DNA of 64,000 bases from Mobula hypostoma (lineage: Eukaryota). Both the position numbers and the translations under genes were made by a program. The notes beneath the pieces are model-generated. The model was not told where the DNA came from. It made no database searches and saw only the letters and a program-made list of their open reading frames with translations. The stretch is taken from NCBI RefSeq assembly GCF_963921235.1, contig NC_086097.1, positions 26,662,001-26,726,000 on the forward strand. Reading direction: 5' to 3'. Positions 51,076-63,615 of the stretch are shown here, one piece after another. How positions within the stretch are numbered: the first letter of the stretch is position 1; every line of letters begins with the position of its first letter.

Positions 51076-51661
51076 TCAGCTTTATTATCAAAGTATGTAT
51101 ACTATATACCACCTTAAGTTTCCTTGTAAAGATGGGATGTAATTTATGTTTTCATTGTGAATGCTGCTTGTGTGATGCTATGTGCCTGTGATGCTGTTGT
51201 AAGTTTTCATTGCACCTCTGCAGCATATACTCGTATATATGACAGAAAACTTGACTTTGATTTTGATCAAATACACACATCCCCACTCTGGATAAGAAGC
51301 TCCATAGTAGCTTAGTGGTTAGCGTAATGCTTTATTGCGCTGTGAGACTGGGGTTCATTTTCCTCTGCTATCTGTGAGGAGTTTGTACGTTCCCCCCATG
51401 ATCGTATGGGCATGCTATGTTGGCAGTGGAAGCTTGGCGACACTTATGGGCTGCCCAGCACAGTCCTCGCTGATTTGATTTGATGCAAATGACACATTTC
51501 GCTGTATGTTTCAATGTACATGTGACAAATAATTCTAATCTTTACCTGCACGTTTAAAGAGTTGTGCAATAATGTAGCATTCAAAGGCACTGAGGCACTA
51601 GCTTTTTAAACAGGTGACTAATATTACATTGGAAGCACAGGAGACTGCCCATGCCAGAATC

Positions 51662-52350
51662 TTAGATTAGATTAGATTATGAGGACACGCAGTCCTCTTT
51701 TATTGTCATTTAGTATTGCATGCATTAAGAAATGATACAATGTTCCTCCAGAATGATATCACAGAAACACAAGACAAACCAAGACTGAAAAACTGACAAA
51801 AACCACATAATTATAACATATAGTTACAACAGTGCAAAGCAATACTGTAATTGGGATAAAGAACAGACCATGGGCACGGTAAAAAAAAGTCTCAAAGTCT
51901 CTCGGAAGTCCCATCATCTCACGCAGACGGTAGAAGGAAGAAAAATTCTCCCTGCCGTGAGCTTTCAGCGCCGCAAACTTGCCGATGCAGCACCCTGGAA
52001 GCACCTGACCACAGCCGACTCTTGAGTCCGTCCGAAAACTTCGAGCCTCCGACCAGCCCTTCGACACCAAGCACCGAGCACCATCTCTGCTGAGCGCTTC
52101 GACCCCGGCCTCAGCATCAGGAAATAGGCAAAGCTGAGGATTTGGGGCCTTCCCCTCCGGAGATTCTCGATCGCACAGTAGCAGCGGCAGCGAAGCGGGC
52201 ATTTCAGACGTTTCTCCAGATGTTCCTCCATGCTTCTCACATCCGTCTCCATCAAATCAGGATTGTGCACGGTACTTACTTACAAATACAATATCAATTC
52301 GGAGCAGCCGCGCACGCTGTGTCGCACTGCCATCTTCTGCTCCCCTCCCC
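51662..52350 (-). mobile_element. Apparently full-length ~690-bp non-coding retroelement with 5' GAAGATGGC and 3' (AATCT)n tail
   Basis: Interrupts a Penelope-derived repeat (CAGAATC|TGGAGCAAC); second copy at 9880-10239. Confidence 0.7.
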
Positions 52351-55074
52351 TGGAGCAACAAACAACCTTCTGGAAGAACGCAAGTCGAAACATCAACAAT
52401 TCCTTTCCTCCCACAGATGCTGCTCGACCTGCTGAGCTCTTCCAGCAGATTGCTCATTGTTGAAGTAACACTGCCTACTTGTCTGGGTATGTTCAAACAA
52501 TCCAATGGCCCTCGAGGGGAAGGGTGGCTCTCCCGCAAAGTCCAAACCAATATGTGAACTTCAATCAATAACATTACCTCTTTGTCGCTCATGGGATTTG
52601 CTGTGTATAAATTGGATTCCAACATTACAATGGTGAGTCTTCAAACGTTAAACCACTTGGCTACCCAGGTCCCTAGGTACAGTTTAAAGAGCAGAAACTC
52701 TGCAGGAAAGAGTGATGACGTGACGTTGCTTTTTCAAGGTTAAGAATTAGCCCAATGCTATGACAGTGCCAGCAGCGTGGGTACAATTCTGCCGCTGTCT
52801 GTCAGGGATTTGAACATTCTCCCCGTTACCCAGTGGGCTTCCTCTGGGCGCTTCCGCTTTCACCCGCATTTCAGAGATGTAGGTTCGTTGGTCTCATGAG
52901 TGTAATTGGCAGTGTGTGCTCATTAGGCTGGAAGGGTCTGTTACTGTGTAACTAAATAAACCAAACTCATTGTCATTTGCACAAGTCCATGTATGCACAG
53001 GTGCAATGAAAACTTACTTGCAGCAGCATCACGGATGCATGGCATCAGATTACTCAAAATACACTGAAAAATACCATTCAAAATGACACATGGAAGAACA
53101 CTATTAGACCAAATAAAACAATGAGCATTGTAGTGCAAAATGTTTAAATGTTGTTGCTGCATGGGGGGAGTGATTAGGGTTGTGCAGGTTGGTTCAAGAA
53201 ATGGATGGTTGAAGGGAAGCAGCTGTTCCTGAACCTGGTTGTGTGGGACTTCAGGATTCTGTACCTCCTGCCCGATGGGAGCTGTGAGAAGATGGCACCG
53301 CCCGGATGACAGGGATCTTTGACGATGTATGTTGCCTTCTTGAGGCAGCAACTCATGGGGATACCTCCGACAGTTGGGAGGGCTTGCCAGTATATCGGGC
53401 TGAGTCCGCTACTCTCATATGTTCCTTGCATTACATCACTCAAAACATGGCAGCATAATGTCTTAAGCACTCCTGAGCAGTTGATTTCAGATTTCCTCCT
53501 CTGCTTTCAATGCTTTTAATAACTGCAAGGCCATGCCAAAGGTACCATGGCCTCGTGGTTATTAAAAGCATTCATAGATAAATCATGAGCATTTGTCCTA
53601 AGTCCAACATCTTAATAATGTTTATAGGCAACTTTTATGTTGTGTTTGGCAACTTGCTCAGCATCTGACAGGAACCTGCACGGTGGAACTATGCAGAGCA
53701 ACAGGCCCATCTGCTCGCAAACAAATTTAGCCAAATACACCTGTCGTCCCTCTGCTCTTGCCAGGATCAGCTCCTCAACAACAATGTGCGTTGATACAGT
53801 TATTGCAGTCAAACACTCCGAGGCTGCTCAAAGAAGCATTTTGGGATAAAAATTGATGTGCGAGGCCGTTTGACTCATTAAGAAGGCAGATTCAAAAAAC
53901 GTCTTAAAAGTGGAAAGATGGAGAGGCTTACTGAGCACATTCCGCACCTTAACTGCTAATGTGTGCCCACCATAGGTCAGACTAAAGTCAGGAATGGGCA
54001 AAAACAGCTAATGTGAGGGGTCTGGATGGCTAATAGAAGGAGACAAACTTTTAAAGTGACTGGAGGAAAGTATGGGGAGCATGTCAGGGTAAGTTCTTTA
54101 CACTGAGTGTGGTGACTGTGTGCAACACCCTAGCAGGGGTGGTGGTAGGGGCAGATACATTAGGGATATTTAAGAAATTCTCACATAGGCACATGGATAA
54201 TCGGAAAATGGAGGCTATGTGGGAGGGAAGGGTTAGGTTGATCGTAGAGTAGGTTATAAGGTTGGCACAACATTGTGAGCCGAAGGGCCTGTATTGTGCT
54301 GCAGTGTTCTATGTTCTCAGAGGCTACACTGTGAGAAGAGTTTGTGGTTGTAGTTGTAAGGCTAGTGGAGATCACAATAATTGGGAGAAGAAGGAAGACA
54401 GATACATTTGAAAATACGACTGAGAACTTGAAACAACATCTTGTATATATTCCAGCCTTTGGGAACCTGCATGAGTCCTATCTGTAACCATAGCTGCATT
54501 GTCTTTGAGCACAACACTTACTGCTGTTGACGGAAATCAAGAATGACAGGTACATATGGCTCACGTGGTTTTGTTCTTCCCCACATATGGATTTGCATTA
54601 GGTCATTCCTCCTGCCTCTCTTTCAGATTCAAGAGAAGCAGCCTGTTCATTCTTTCCTAATCAGTGTAAGCTTACAGGTCTGGTTTCTTCATAGAGTCTT
54701 TTTTTTCTTGTATTGTACCCTCTGCAGTGTCTCTGTACCCTTTTTGATAATAAAGTGACCCGGCATGGACATGGTACTCCTTGTGTAGTCTAATCAAAGC
54801 TTAACAGGATGGGACAGTAGCCTAGTGCTTATCTTAATGCTACTAAAGCACCAGCTACGAGATTGGGGTCCGAGTCCCACCGCTGTCTGTAAGGGGAGTT
54901 TGTAAGTTCTCCCTGTGACTGTGTGGGTCTCCACCCACATTCCAAAGACATAGGGTTAGGGTCAGTAAGCTGTGGGTGTGCTAGGTTGGTGCTGGAAGTG
55001 TGAAGACACATATGGGCTGCACCCAGCACAACCTCGGACTGTGTTGGCTGTTGAAGCAAATGCCACATTTCACT

Positions 55075-55447
55075 AACACGAGAAAATCTGTAGATGCCGG
55101 AAATCCAAATCAACACACACAAGATGGTGGAAGAACTCAGCAGTCCAGGCAGCATCTATGGAAAAGAGTAAACAGCTGATGCTTCAGGCCGAGACTCTTC
55201 ATCGGGACTGGAAAAAGAACGGAGAAGTCAGCGTAAGAATTGGCAAGTTGATTGGTGAAAGAGATAAAGGGGAATGTGATAGAAGACCATGGAAGAAAGG
55301 GAAGGGGAGGAGCACTAGGGGGAGGTTATAGGCAGGTAATGAGACATGGTGAGATGGAAACAGGAATGGGGAAACAGTGAAGGAGAGGAGGTGGGGGGGA
55401 ATTACCGCAAGTTCAAGAAGTCGATGTTCATGCCATCAGGTTGGAGG
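55075..55447 (-). mobile_element. Short Penelope insertion with 9-bp TSD inside a V-SINE
   Basis: TSD CATTTCACT at 55066-55074 and 55448-55456; PDGMNIDF codons; decayed hammerhead at 55173-55210. Confidence 0.8.
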
Positions 55448-55529
55448 CATTTCACTGTATGTTTTGATGTACATGTGACAAACAAAGCTTACAAAGGAAG
55501 GTGACAATGGAAACCATTATCTGTACACG

Positions 55530-56021
55530 TGGTCTGTACATACCGGTTATGTGGTGAAAAAGGCAAAACAGCGTCTCTTTCACCTCAGATGGTTGAAGAA
55601 GTTTGGTATGGGCTCCCAAATCCTAAGAACTTTCTACAGGGGCACAATTGAGAGCATCCTGACTGGCTGCACCACTGCCTGGTATGGGAACTGTACTTCC
55701 CTCAATCGCAGGACTCTGCAGAGAGTGGTACAGACAGCCCAGCGAATCTGTACATGTGCACTTCCCACTATTCAGGACATTTACAGAGACCTAAAAGCCA
55801 GGACCAAAAGGCTCCAGGACAGTTATTTCCACCAGGCCACCTGACTGATTAATTCACGCTGATACAATTATATATCTATGTTATATTGATTGTCCTGTTG
55901 TACATACTATTTATTACAAATTAATATAAATTGCACATTGCACATTTAGATGGAGATGTAACAAAGATTTTTACTCCTTATGTATGTAAAGGATGTAAGT
56001 AATAAAGTCAATTCAATTCAA
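55530..56021 (+). mobile_element. Rex1/Babar-type LINE 3' fragment with (CAATT)n tail
   Basis: KKAKQRLFHLRWLKKFG...FYRGTIESILTGCTTAWYG. Confidence 0.75.
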
Positions 56022-57540
56022 TTAAAAGAGAGTTGAAGGGCAGATTGAACCAGAAACAGATGGGGGTGAGGGAGAACTGGTGGGTGAAATGCACACATAG
56101 TAGATGGGAGACTCGATGGGCTGAATAACCTGCTCCTAGGTCTTATGGTCTTATAGATGAAACCAGGAGGGGAGGGGGACAAAATGGACGAAAATAAGTT
56201 GCAAGGCTCCTCTTTGACTGGCATGAACACAATAGACTGAGTGGCTTTCTGCGATGTAAAAGTTCTATGCTTCATGAAAAAGATAGCTATGATATCAAAT
56301 CATCGTGGAACATAAAGCAGCTAGTTTCGTTTCACAAACACTATGTGACTTGCTGACTCTTACAAGCATTTTCCAGTTTTGTTTCATATTTCCAGCATGT
56401 GCAGCGTTTTGCTTTTCCGCACATTTCCTGTAATGCGTAGTTCTGAAATAGACTCCTTGCTCTTATATTCTATCTCTCAACTAATATAGGAAAGAATCTT
56501 TAAAAGAGATTATCTTTATTTGCCACATGTCATTGAAACAGTGAAATGTGTCGTTTGCGATGTGCTGGGGGCAGACTGCCAGTTGCCATGTATCGCCATG
56601 AATCGGTGCACACTATGAAAGCTGAAAATCCGAGTTAAAAACAAAAGGAAGGTGCTAAGAAAAGAAAGATTTTAAAGATTGTTTTAAAGAATAGCTTTAT
56701 TTGTCACATGTACATCAAAATATATGGTGAAGTGCGTCGTTAGCATCGAGGAAATGCTGGGGGCAGCGTGCAAGTGTTGCCAGGTTTCTGGCGCTAATGT
56801 AGTATGCCCACAACACACTAACCCTAACTCGTGCATCTTTGGACTGTGGGAGGAAACTGCAGCACCTGGAGGAAATCCACATGGTCACAGGGAGAACGTA
56901 CAAACTCCTTACAGTGGTGGAAATTGAATCCTGATCTTCCTATCACCGGCACTGTAAAGTGTAATGCTGAGTGCTACGCTATCCTGTGTGCTTGCTCAAC
57001 CACCTCATCACTCAGCGGTGGAAAGAGTGAGCAGCCTTTTGTTCCCGGGTATCAGCATCTCAGAGATATTATCCTGGGCCCAACACTTCGATGCAACCAC
57101 GACAAAGACACATCAGCAGGAAATTCCTACTTCGTTAGGAATTTGAGGAGGTTTGCTGTCACCAAAGAGTCTTACAAGTTTCCACCGATGTACCTTGGAG
57201 AGCATTCTAACCAGCTGCATCACTGCTTGGTTTAGAGGCTCCAATGCAGGGGATTGCAAGAGGCTGCAAAGGGCTGTCGACTCAGGAAGCCCCATCAAGG
57301 GCACAAATCTCCTGTTGGATTTCTGAACCCATGTTATTCCTTTCCTTCATCTATTTATTGATTTTAATCATTTTTATGTCTTTGCACTGTACTGCAGATG
57401 CAAAACAACAGATTCCATATCATAAACACAAGAGATTTTGCAGATGCTGGAAATCCAGAGTAACACATACAAAATGCTAGAGGAACTCAACAGATCAGGC
57501 AACATCTATGGAGAGGAATAAAGAGCCACTGTTTCAGGCC

Positions 57541-57791
57541 TGATATGTTTTGTAACTCCAAAACATAAAACTAATCGAAAGAAAAACATGGGGAGATCGA
57601 GAAAAAACATGTACTCTTCATTTTAACTTTTAGTGAGATGCACACATATGACGTGGTGGTGTGATGACATATGGCGTTCATGTATTTTTACATATAACCC
57701 ATAATGAATTATTTAAACAAACAGGAATGTTTAATCAAGCAATATATTTATAATATTACTCAAACATTACTGAAATATTAAATGCACAACA
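57541..57791 (-). mobile_element. Short (~250 bp) solo-LTR-like insertion
   Basis: TGATATG...CACAACA termini; flanks AGGCC/GGGCC resemble a 5-bp TSD with one mismatch. Confidence 0.5.
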
Positions 57792-59009
57792 GGGCCAATG
57801 ATATAAGTCAGTGATAATAAATCTGATTTTTATTGACTTGTCCAGTTATCTTCAGGAATCTGTGCCCATAAACTCCAAACTCCCTCGGTTCTAAAAATCC
57901 TAGTTATTGTGTATTTCCTTGCATTTTTATATCCCTCTAAATGCATTGCCTCAGGCTTCTCTGATTAGATTCCACAGGCTACTTTTCTGTCCAACTGACT
58001 AGATGATCCAGACCTTCCTGCAGATTAAAGCTTCCCTCGGTATCATCTATATATAAAATTTTTGTATTAGCAGCAGACTTCTCTACGGAATCCAATGATG
58101 AATATATATTACAGGGATGGAGAACTTAGACTATTGGAATCTCACTGGTAACCGACTCTAAAGTCTCTGGAACAGCAGTCAACCAATTGCCTGCCCCTTT
58201 GCTTAGTGCCGCTCTGTCAATTTTGGATCCATAGGTTTTTAGTTTCTTGACCAACCTTATCGAGAGCCACATAGTCTACATCAAACACCTCATCAACCCT
58301 CCTTAAAACAAAATTGCTCAAGCTAACCTCTAACAAATTAATGCTGATTTCCCTTGATTAACCTGTGCTTTTCTAAATTAAGCTTATTCTCTCTCTTGGA
58401 AATAATACTTAACATTTGCTCACCACTGTCAGACTAATTGGCCGGTAATTATTTTGTATATCCCTTCTTCCCTTTTTAAACAACGCTGCAACGTTAACAT
58501 AGATTGTAGAACATCACAGCACAGTTCAGATCCTTCAGCCCAAGATGTTGTGACAACCTTTTGACCTATTCCAAGATCAATCTAATGCTTCCCTTTGAGG
58601 TAGCCCTCCATTTTGCTATTACCCATGTGCCTATCTAAGTTTCTTAAATGTGCCAAAGATATCTATTTTGATATGATCCACATATCCACCACTGTCTGTG
58701 TAAAAATCTAACTCTGACATCCCCCCCTATATCCTCCAATCACCTTAAAATTATAGCCCATCATATTAGCCATTCTCGCCCTGGAAAGATGTCTTTGGCT
58801 CTCCACTATATTTCTGCCTCTTATCATCCTGTACACCTCTATCAAGTCACCTATTAACCCCCCTTACTCCAGACGTAAAACTCTAACTTGCTCAACTTGT
58901 CCTCTCTAATCCAGGCAGCATCCTGATAAATCTCCTCTGCACCCTCCCTGAAGCTTCCACATTCTTCATATAATGATGTGATTAGAACTGAATACAATAT
59001 TCCATAAAA

Positions 59010-60080
59010 CCAGGAGACATAAGAGCAGAATCAGGCCATTTGGCCCATCGAGTCTGCTCCGTCATTCCATCATGGCTGATTTATTATCCCTCTCAACTTC
59101 ATTCTCCTGCCTTCTCCTCACGAGTTTTGATGCCCTGACTAATCAAGAACCTATCAATCTCCGCTTTAAATATACTCAGTGACTTGCCTCTACAGCCACC
59201 TGTGGCAATGAATTCCACAGGTTCACCATCCTCTGGCAAAAGAAGTTCCTCCCCATCTTCTTTCTAAATGGGCATTCCTCTAGTCTGAGGCTGTGCCCTC
59301 TGGCCCTAAATCCACCCACTATAGGAAACATACTCCCCGCAACCACTGTATCCAGACCTTGCAATATTCAATAGGTTTTAATGAGATCCTCCCCCATTCT
59401 TCTAAACTCCAGTGAGTAGCAGGCCCAGAGCCACAGATGCTCCTCATACATTAACACTTTAATTCTTGAGAACCTACTCTGGATCCTCTCATCTTTCATT
59501 AGACAAGGGGCCCAAAACTGCTCACAATACTCCACATGCAGTCTGACCAATGCCTTACAAAGTCTCAGCATTACATTCTTGCCCTTATAATCTAGTCCAC
59601 TCAAAATGAATGTTAACATTATATCTGCCTTCCTACCACAGACTCAAACTGCAATTTAACCTTTAGGGAATCCTGCACAAGGACTCTCAAGTCCCTTTGC
59701 ACCTCTGATTTTAATGTTCTCATTTAGAAAATAATCTACGCCTTTACTCATTCTACCAAATTGCATGACCATACAATTCCATCATCCAAATCATTGACAA
59801 ACAACTTGAAAAGAAGTGGTTTCAACACCCACCCCTGCAGAACACCACTAGTCATTGACAGTCAATCAGAAAAGGACCCTTTATTCCCACTCTTTGCTTC
59901 CGGTCAGTCAGCCAATCCTCTGTCCATGCTAGTACATGTCCAGTAATACCATGGGCTCTAATCTTGTTAAGCAGCCTCTTGTGCAACACCATGTCAAAGG
60001 CTTTCTGAAAATCTATGTAAAAAATCTTCACTGACTCTCCTTTGTCTATCTCGCCCGTCATTTCTTCAAAGAATCCTAAC
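59010..60080 (-). mobile_element. CR1-type LINE RT and 3' fragment with deletions
   Basis: IDFQKAFDMVLHKRLL, ALVRLHVEYCEQFW, NFFCQRMVNLWNSLP. Confidence 0.8.
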
Positions 60081-60354
60081 AGACTTCCAACAGATACCTT
60101 GCAATGAGCAGTCCTCCAGTCCTCTAGCCAGAGAGGGTTGAAAAAATGTCAAAGTTTCACGACTTCCCAACAGGGGTGGAAAATGGTGACTGCGTATTGA
60201 AGAGGGTGCTTGGCATGCTTGTCTCTGTCAGTCAAGGCATCGAGTACAAGAGTTGGACATCATGTTGCAGCTGCACAAGAGATTGGTGGAACCATACTTA
60301 GAACACTCACTTCACTCCACAACCTACAGACTCACTTTCAAGGACTAAATTCCT

Positions 60355-60601
60355 GCCCCAGCAAGTGCTGGACTTCAAGACGAAAGGTCCCGAGTTCAAA
60401 TCCAGCTGGGTCCCCTGCACGCTTTCCATCTGTGCTGGGTTACGAGCTGGTGATCTCTTTGGAAACTCACCCGGCAGAAGGCAATGGCAAACCGCTGCTG
60501 TAACTTGCCTCGTACGCGGTTCCCCACTACGTCAGGGAGGCGCGGAGGGAAATCGTCCAAAACCGGGGAAACTCCAGATGCGATGTACCTTTCCTTTCCT
60601 T
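60355..60601 (+). mobile_element. tRNA-derived SINE with RTE-like internal motif and (TTTCC)n tail
   Basis: B box GAGTTCAAATCC 60392-60403; GAAGGCAATGGCAAACC 60477-60493; CpG-rich. Confidence 0.6.
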
Positions 60602-61032
60602 ACCATCAGGAAAGAGGTACAAAAGCCTGAAGGCACACACTCAGTGATTCAGGAACAGCTTCTTCCCCCCTGCCATCAGAAGGACACCGCCTTCCTTGGG
60701 CATCGCTCCTTTAAGGAGTCTTGGATACTACGCACGCTAGTGCCCATGATGGAGCTGACTAATTTTACAACTTTCTGCAGCTTAATTCGATCCTGTGCAG
60801 TAGCCCCCGCCCCTCATACCAAAGAGTGATGCAGCCAGTCAGAATGCTCTCCACAGTACATTTGTAGAAGTTTTTGAGTGTTTTAGGTGATAAACCAAAT
60901 CTCCTCAAACTTCTAATGAAATATAGCCACTGTCTTGCTTTCTTTATAGCTGCATCAATATGTCGCAACCAGGTTAGATCCTCAGAGATATTGACACCCA
61001 GGAACTTGACGTTGCTCACTCTCTCCACTTCT

Positions 61033-62289
61033 CCACAATAGAATTTTTTGAGGATGTAACTAGTAGAGTGGATAGGGGAGAACCAGTGGATGTGGTATAT
61101 TTGGATTTTCAAAAGACTTTTGACAAGGTCCCACACAGGAGATTAGTGTGCAAACTTAAAGCACACGGTATTGGGGGTAAGGTATTGGTGTGGGTGGAGA
61201 ATTGGTTAGCAGACAGGAAGCAAAGAGTGGGAATAAACGGGACCTTTTCAGAATGGCAGGCGGTGACTAGTGGGGTACCGCAAGGCTCAGTGCTGGGACC
61301 CCAGTTGTTTACAATATATATTAATGACTTGGATGAGGGAATTAAATGCAGCATCTCCAAGTTTGCGGATGACACGAAGCTGGGCGGCAGTGTTAGCTGT
61401 GAGGAGGATGCTAAGAGGATGCAGGGTGACTTGGATAGGTTGGGTGAGTGGGCAAATTCATGGCAGATGCAATTTAATGTGGATAAATGTGAGGTTATCC
61501 ACTTTGGTGGCAAAAATAGGAAAACAGATTATTATCTGAATGGTGGCCGATTAGGAAAAGGGGAGGTGCAACGAGACCTGGGTGTCATTATACACCAGTC
61601 ATTGAAAGTGGGCATGCAGGTACAGCAGGTGGTGAAAAAGGTGAATGGTATGCTGGCATTAATAGCAAGAGGATTCGAGTACAGGAGCAGGGAGGTACTA
61701 CTGCAGTTGTACAAGGCCTTGGTGAGACCACACCTGGAGTATTGTGTGCAGTTTTGGTCCCCTAATCTGAGGAAAGACATCCTTACCATAGAGGGAGTAC
61801 AAAGAAGGTTCACCAGATTGATTCCTGGGATGGCAGGACTTTCATATGATGAAAGACTGGATGAACTAGGCTTATGCTCATTGGAATTTAGAAAATTGAG
61901 GGGGGATCTTATTGAAATATATAAAATCCTAAAGGGATTGGACAGGCTAGATGCAGGAAGATTGTTCCCGATGTTGGGGAAGTCCAGAACGAGGGGTCAC
62001 GGTTTGAGGATAAAGGGGAAGCCTTTTAGGACTGAGATTAGGAAAAACTTCTTCACACAGAGAGTGGTGAATCTGTGGAATTCTCTGCCACAGGAAACAG
62101 TTGAGGCTAGTTCATTGGCTATATTTAAAAGGGAGTTAGATATGGCCCTTGTGGCTACGGGGATCAGGGAGTACGGAGGGAAGGCTGCTGCAGGGTTCTG
62201 AGTTGGATGATCAGCCATGATCATACTGAATGGCGGTGCAGGCTCGAAGGGCCGAATGGCCTACTCCTGCACCTATTTTCTATGTTTCT
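61033..62289 (+). mobile_element. Young 5'-truncated CR1-type LINE
   Basis: Uninterrupted RT and C-terminal frame, 3' UTR ending TTTCTATGTTTCT, possible TTCT TSD. Confidence 0.9.
61068..62201 (+). pseudogene. CR1 ORF2 reverse transcriptase, C-terminal 377 aa (open but 5'-truncated, no endonuclease)
   Basis: YLDFQKTFDKVPH, GVPQGSVLGPQLF, FADD, LYKALVRPHLEYCVQFW. Confidence 0.9.
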
Positions 62290-63615
62290 GATCCTTCAAC
62301 GAGGATAGGTTTGTGTTCTCTCGTTCTCCCCTTTTTGAAGTTCACAATCAGCTCTTTCATTTGATTGACATTGGAGTGCAAGGTTGTTGCTGCAGCGCCT
62401 CTCAACCAGCTGGTATATCTCACTCCTGTATGTCCAGATGAGGCTGGACAAGCTGGGGCTGTTTCCACTGGAGGGAAGGAGGCTGAGGGTTGACCTTATA
62501 GACCTGCAGGGGTGGTGTGCCTATTTGAGAGCATGTTCCCAATATGTTTCTCATGCATGGGAATCTGAGCAGAGATTACCATTGATTAATGAACTAGTAA
62601 CAATAATTATGGACTTTTTTTTAGGGAAAAAGGATGTCCTGATGCTTATTACATGATTTTATTGTTTTACTATTAATAAAAGTGTAATAGAAACAGATTG
62701 AAATAAATAAAGCATTTTAGGAGCCCTGTTAAAATTAATATTAATCTTTGAAAACAACAATTATTAAAATAGCATAATTTATGTTCTCTGGTGAATGTTG
62801 CATTTCTAATGCTCTGTGCCTGTGATACTGCTCTAAGTAAGCATTTCATTGCACCTGTGCATACATATACTTCAGCACATGAGGATACACTTGACTTTGA
62901 CTTAATTCATCCTAGGAAGGGATAAAGGTTAATATCTCAGGTCTGAATGTTCTTAAGCAGGGTCTCAGATCTGCGACATTAACTCTGTTTCTGTTCCCAC
63001 TGGTAGCACCTGACCTGCTGAAAATATACAATGTTTTATGTTCTTATTGCCTCTGTGTATACCACAGATTAATAGGCACTCCTGTCTCCAAGTACTTTGT
63101 CCCCCTGATCTGGAAGCAGATACAATAATAATGTTTGAGAGACTTTCAGGTGGATACATGAATGGAGGGTCATGGATTACCTGCAGGCAGAAGAAACTTT
63201 GTTTAATTTGGCATTATGTTTGATACAGGCATGATGGAATGAAGGGCCTGTTCCTGTTCTATATATCCCTGGTGAAATCTCAGAACACCAATTTTCATTA
63301 CTGGCGGCCACAGCTCTCCACCTTTAAATCCCATGACTTGAGAAGCCCAGAGTACTCTCCATAGCTTGGTAACAGCGTTATCTTAGCGTTCCTGCAAAAT
63401 GACAATGCTTGAACTCAGATGCTGGCATGCAGGCAAACTGGTATGGAGGATCCATTGCACATAATCGAAGAAAGCTGCAGAGGGTCATAAACTCAGTTAG
63501 CTCTATCATGGGCACTTTGCTCCCTTTTGAGGATATCTTCAAAAGGTGGTGCTTCAGGAAGGCAGCATCCATAATTAAACATGCTCTCTATCCAGGACAC
63601 ACCCTCTTCTCATTA

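Larger units (their letters stand above)
60680..62432 (-). mobile_element. Rex1/Babar-type fragment split by the CR1 insertion
   Basis: FLGVNISEDLTW...KKARQWLYFIRSLRRFG; flanks CCACTTCT|GATCC rejoin across the CR1. Confidence 0.7.
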
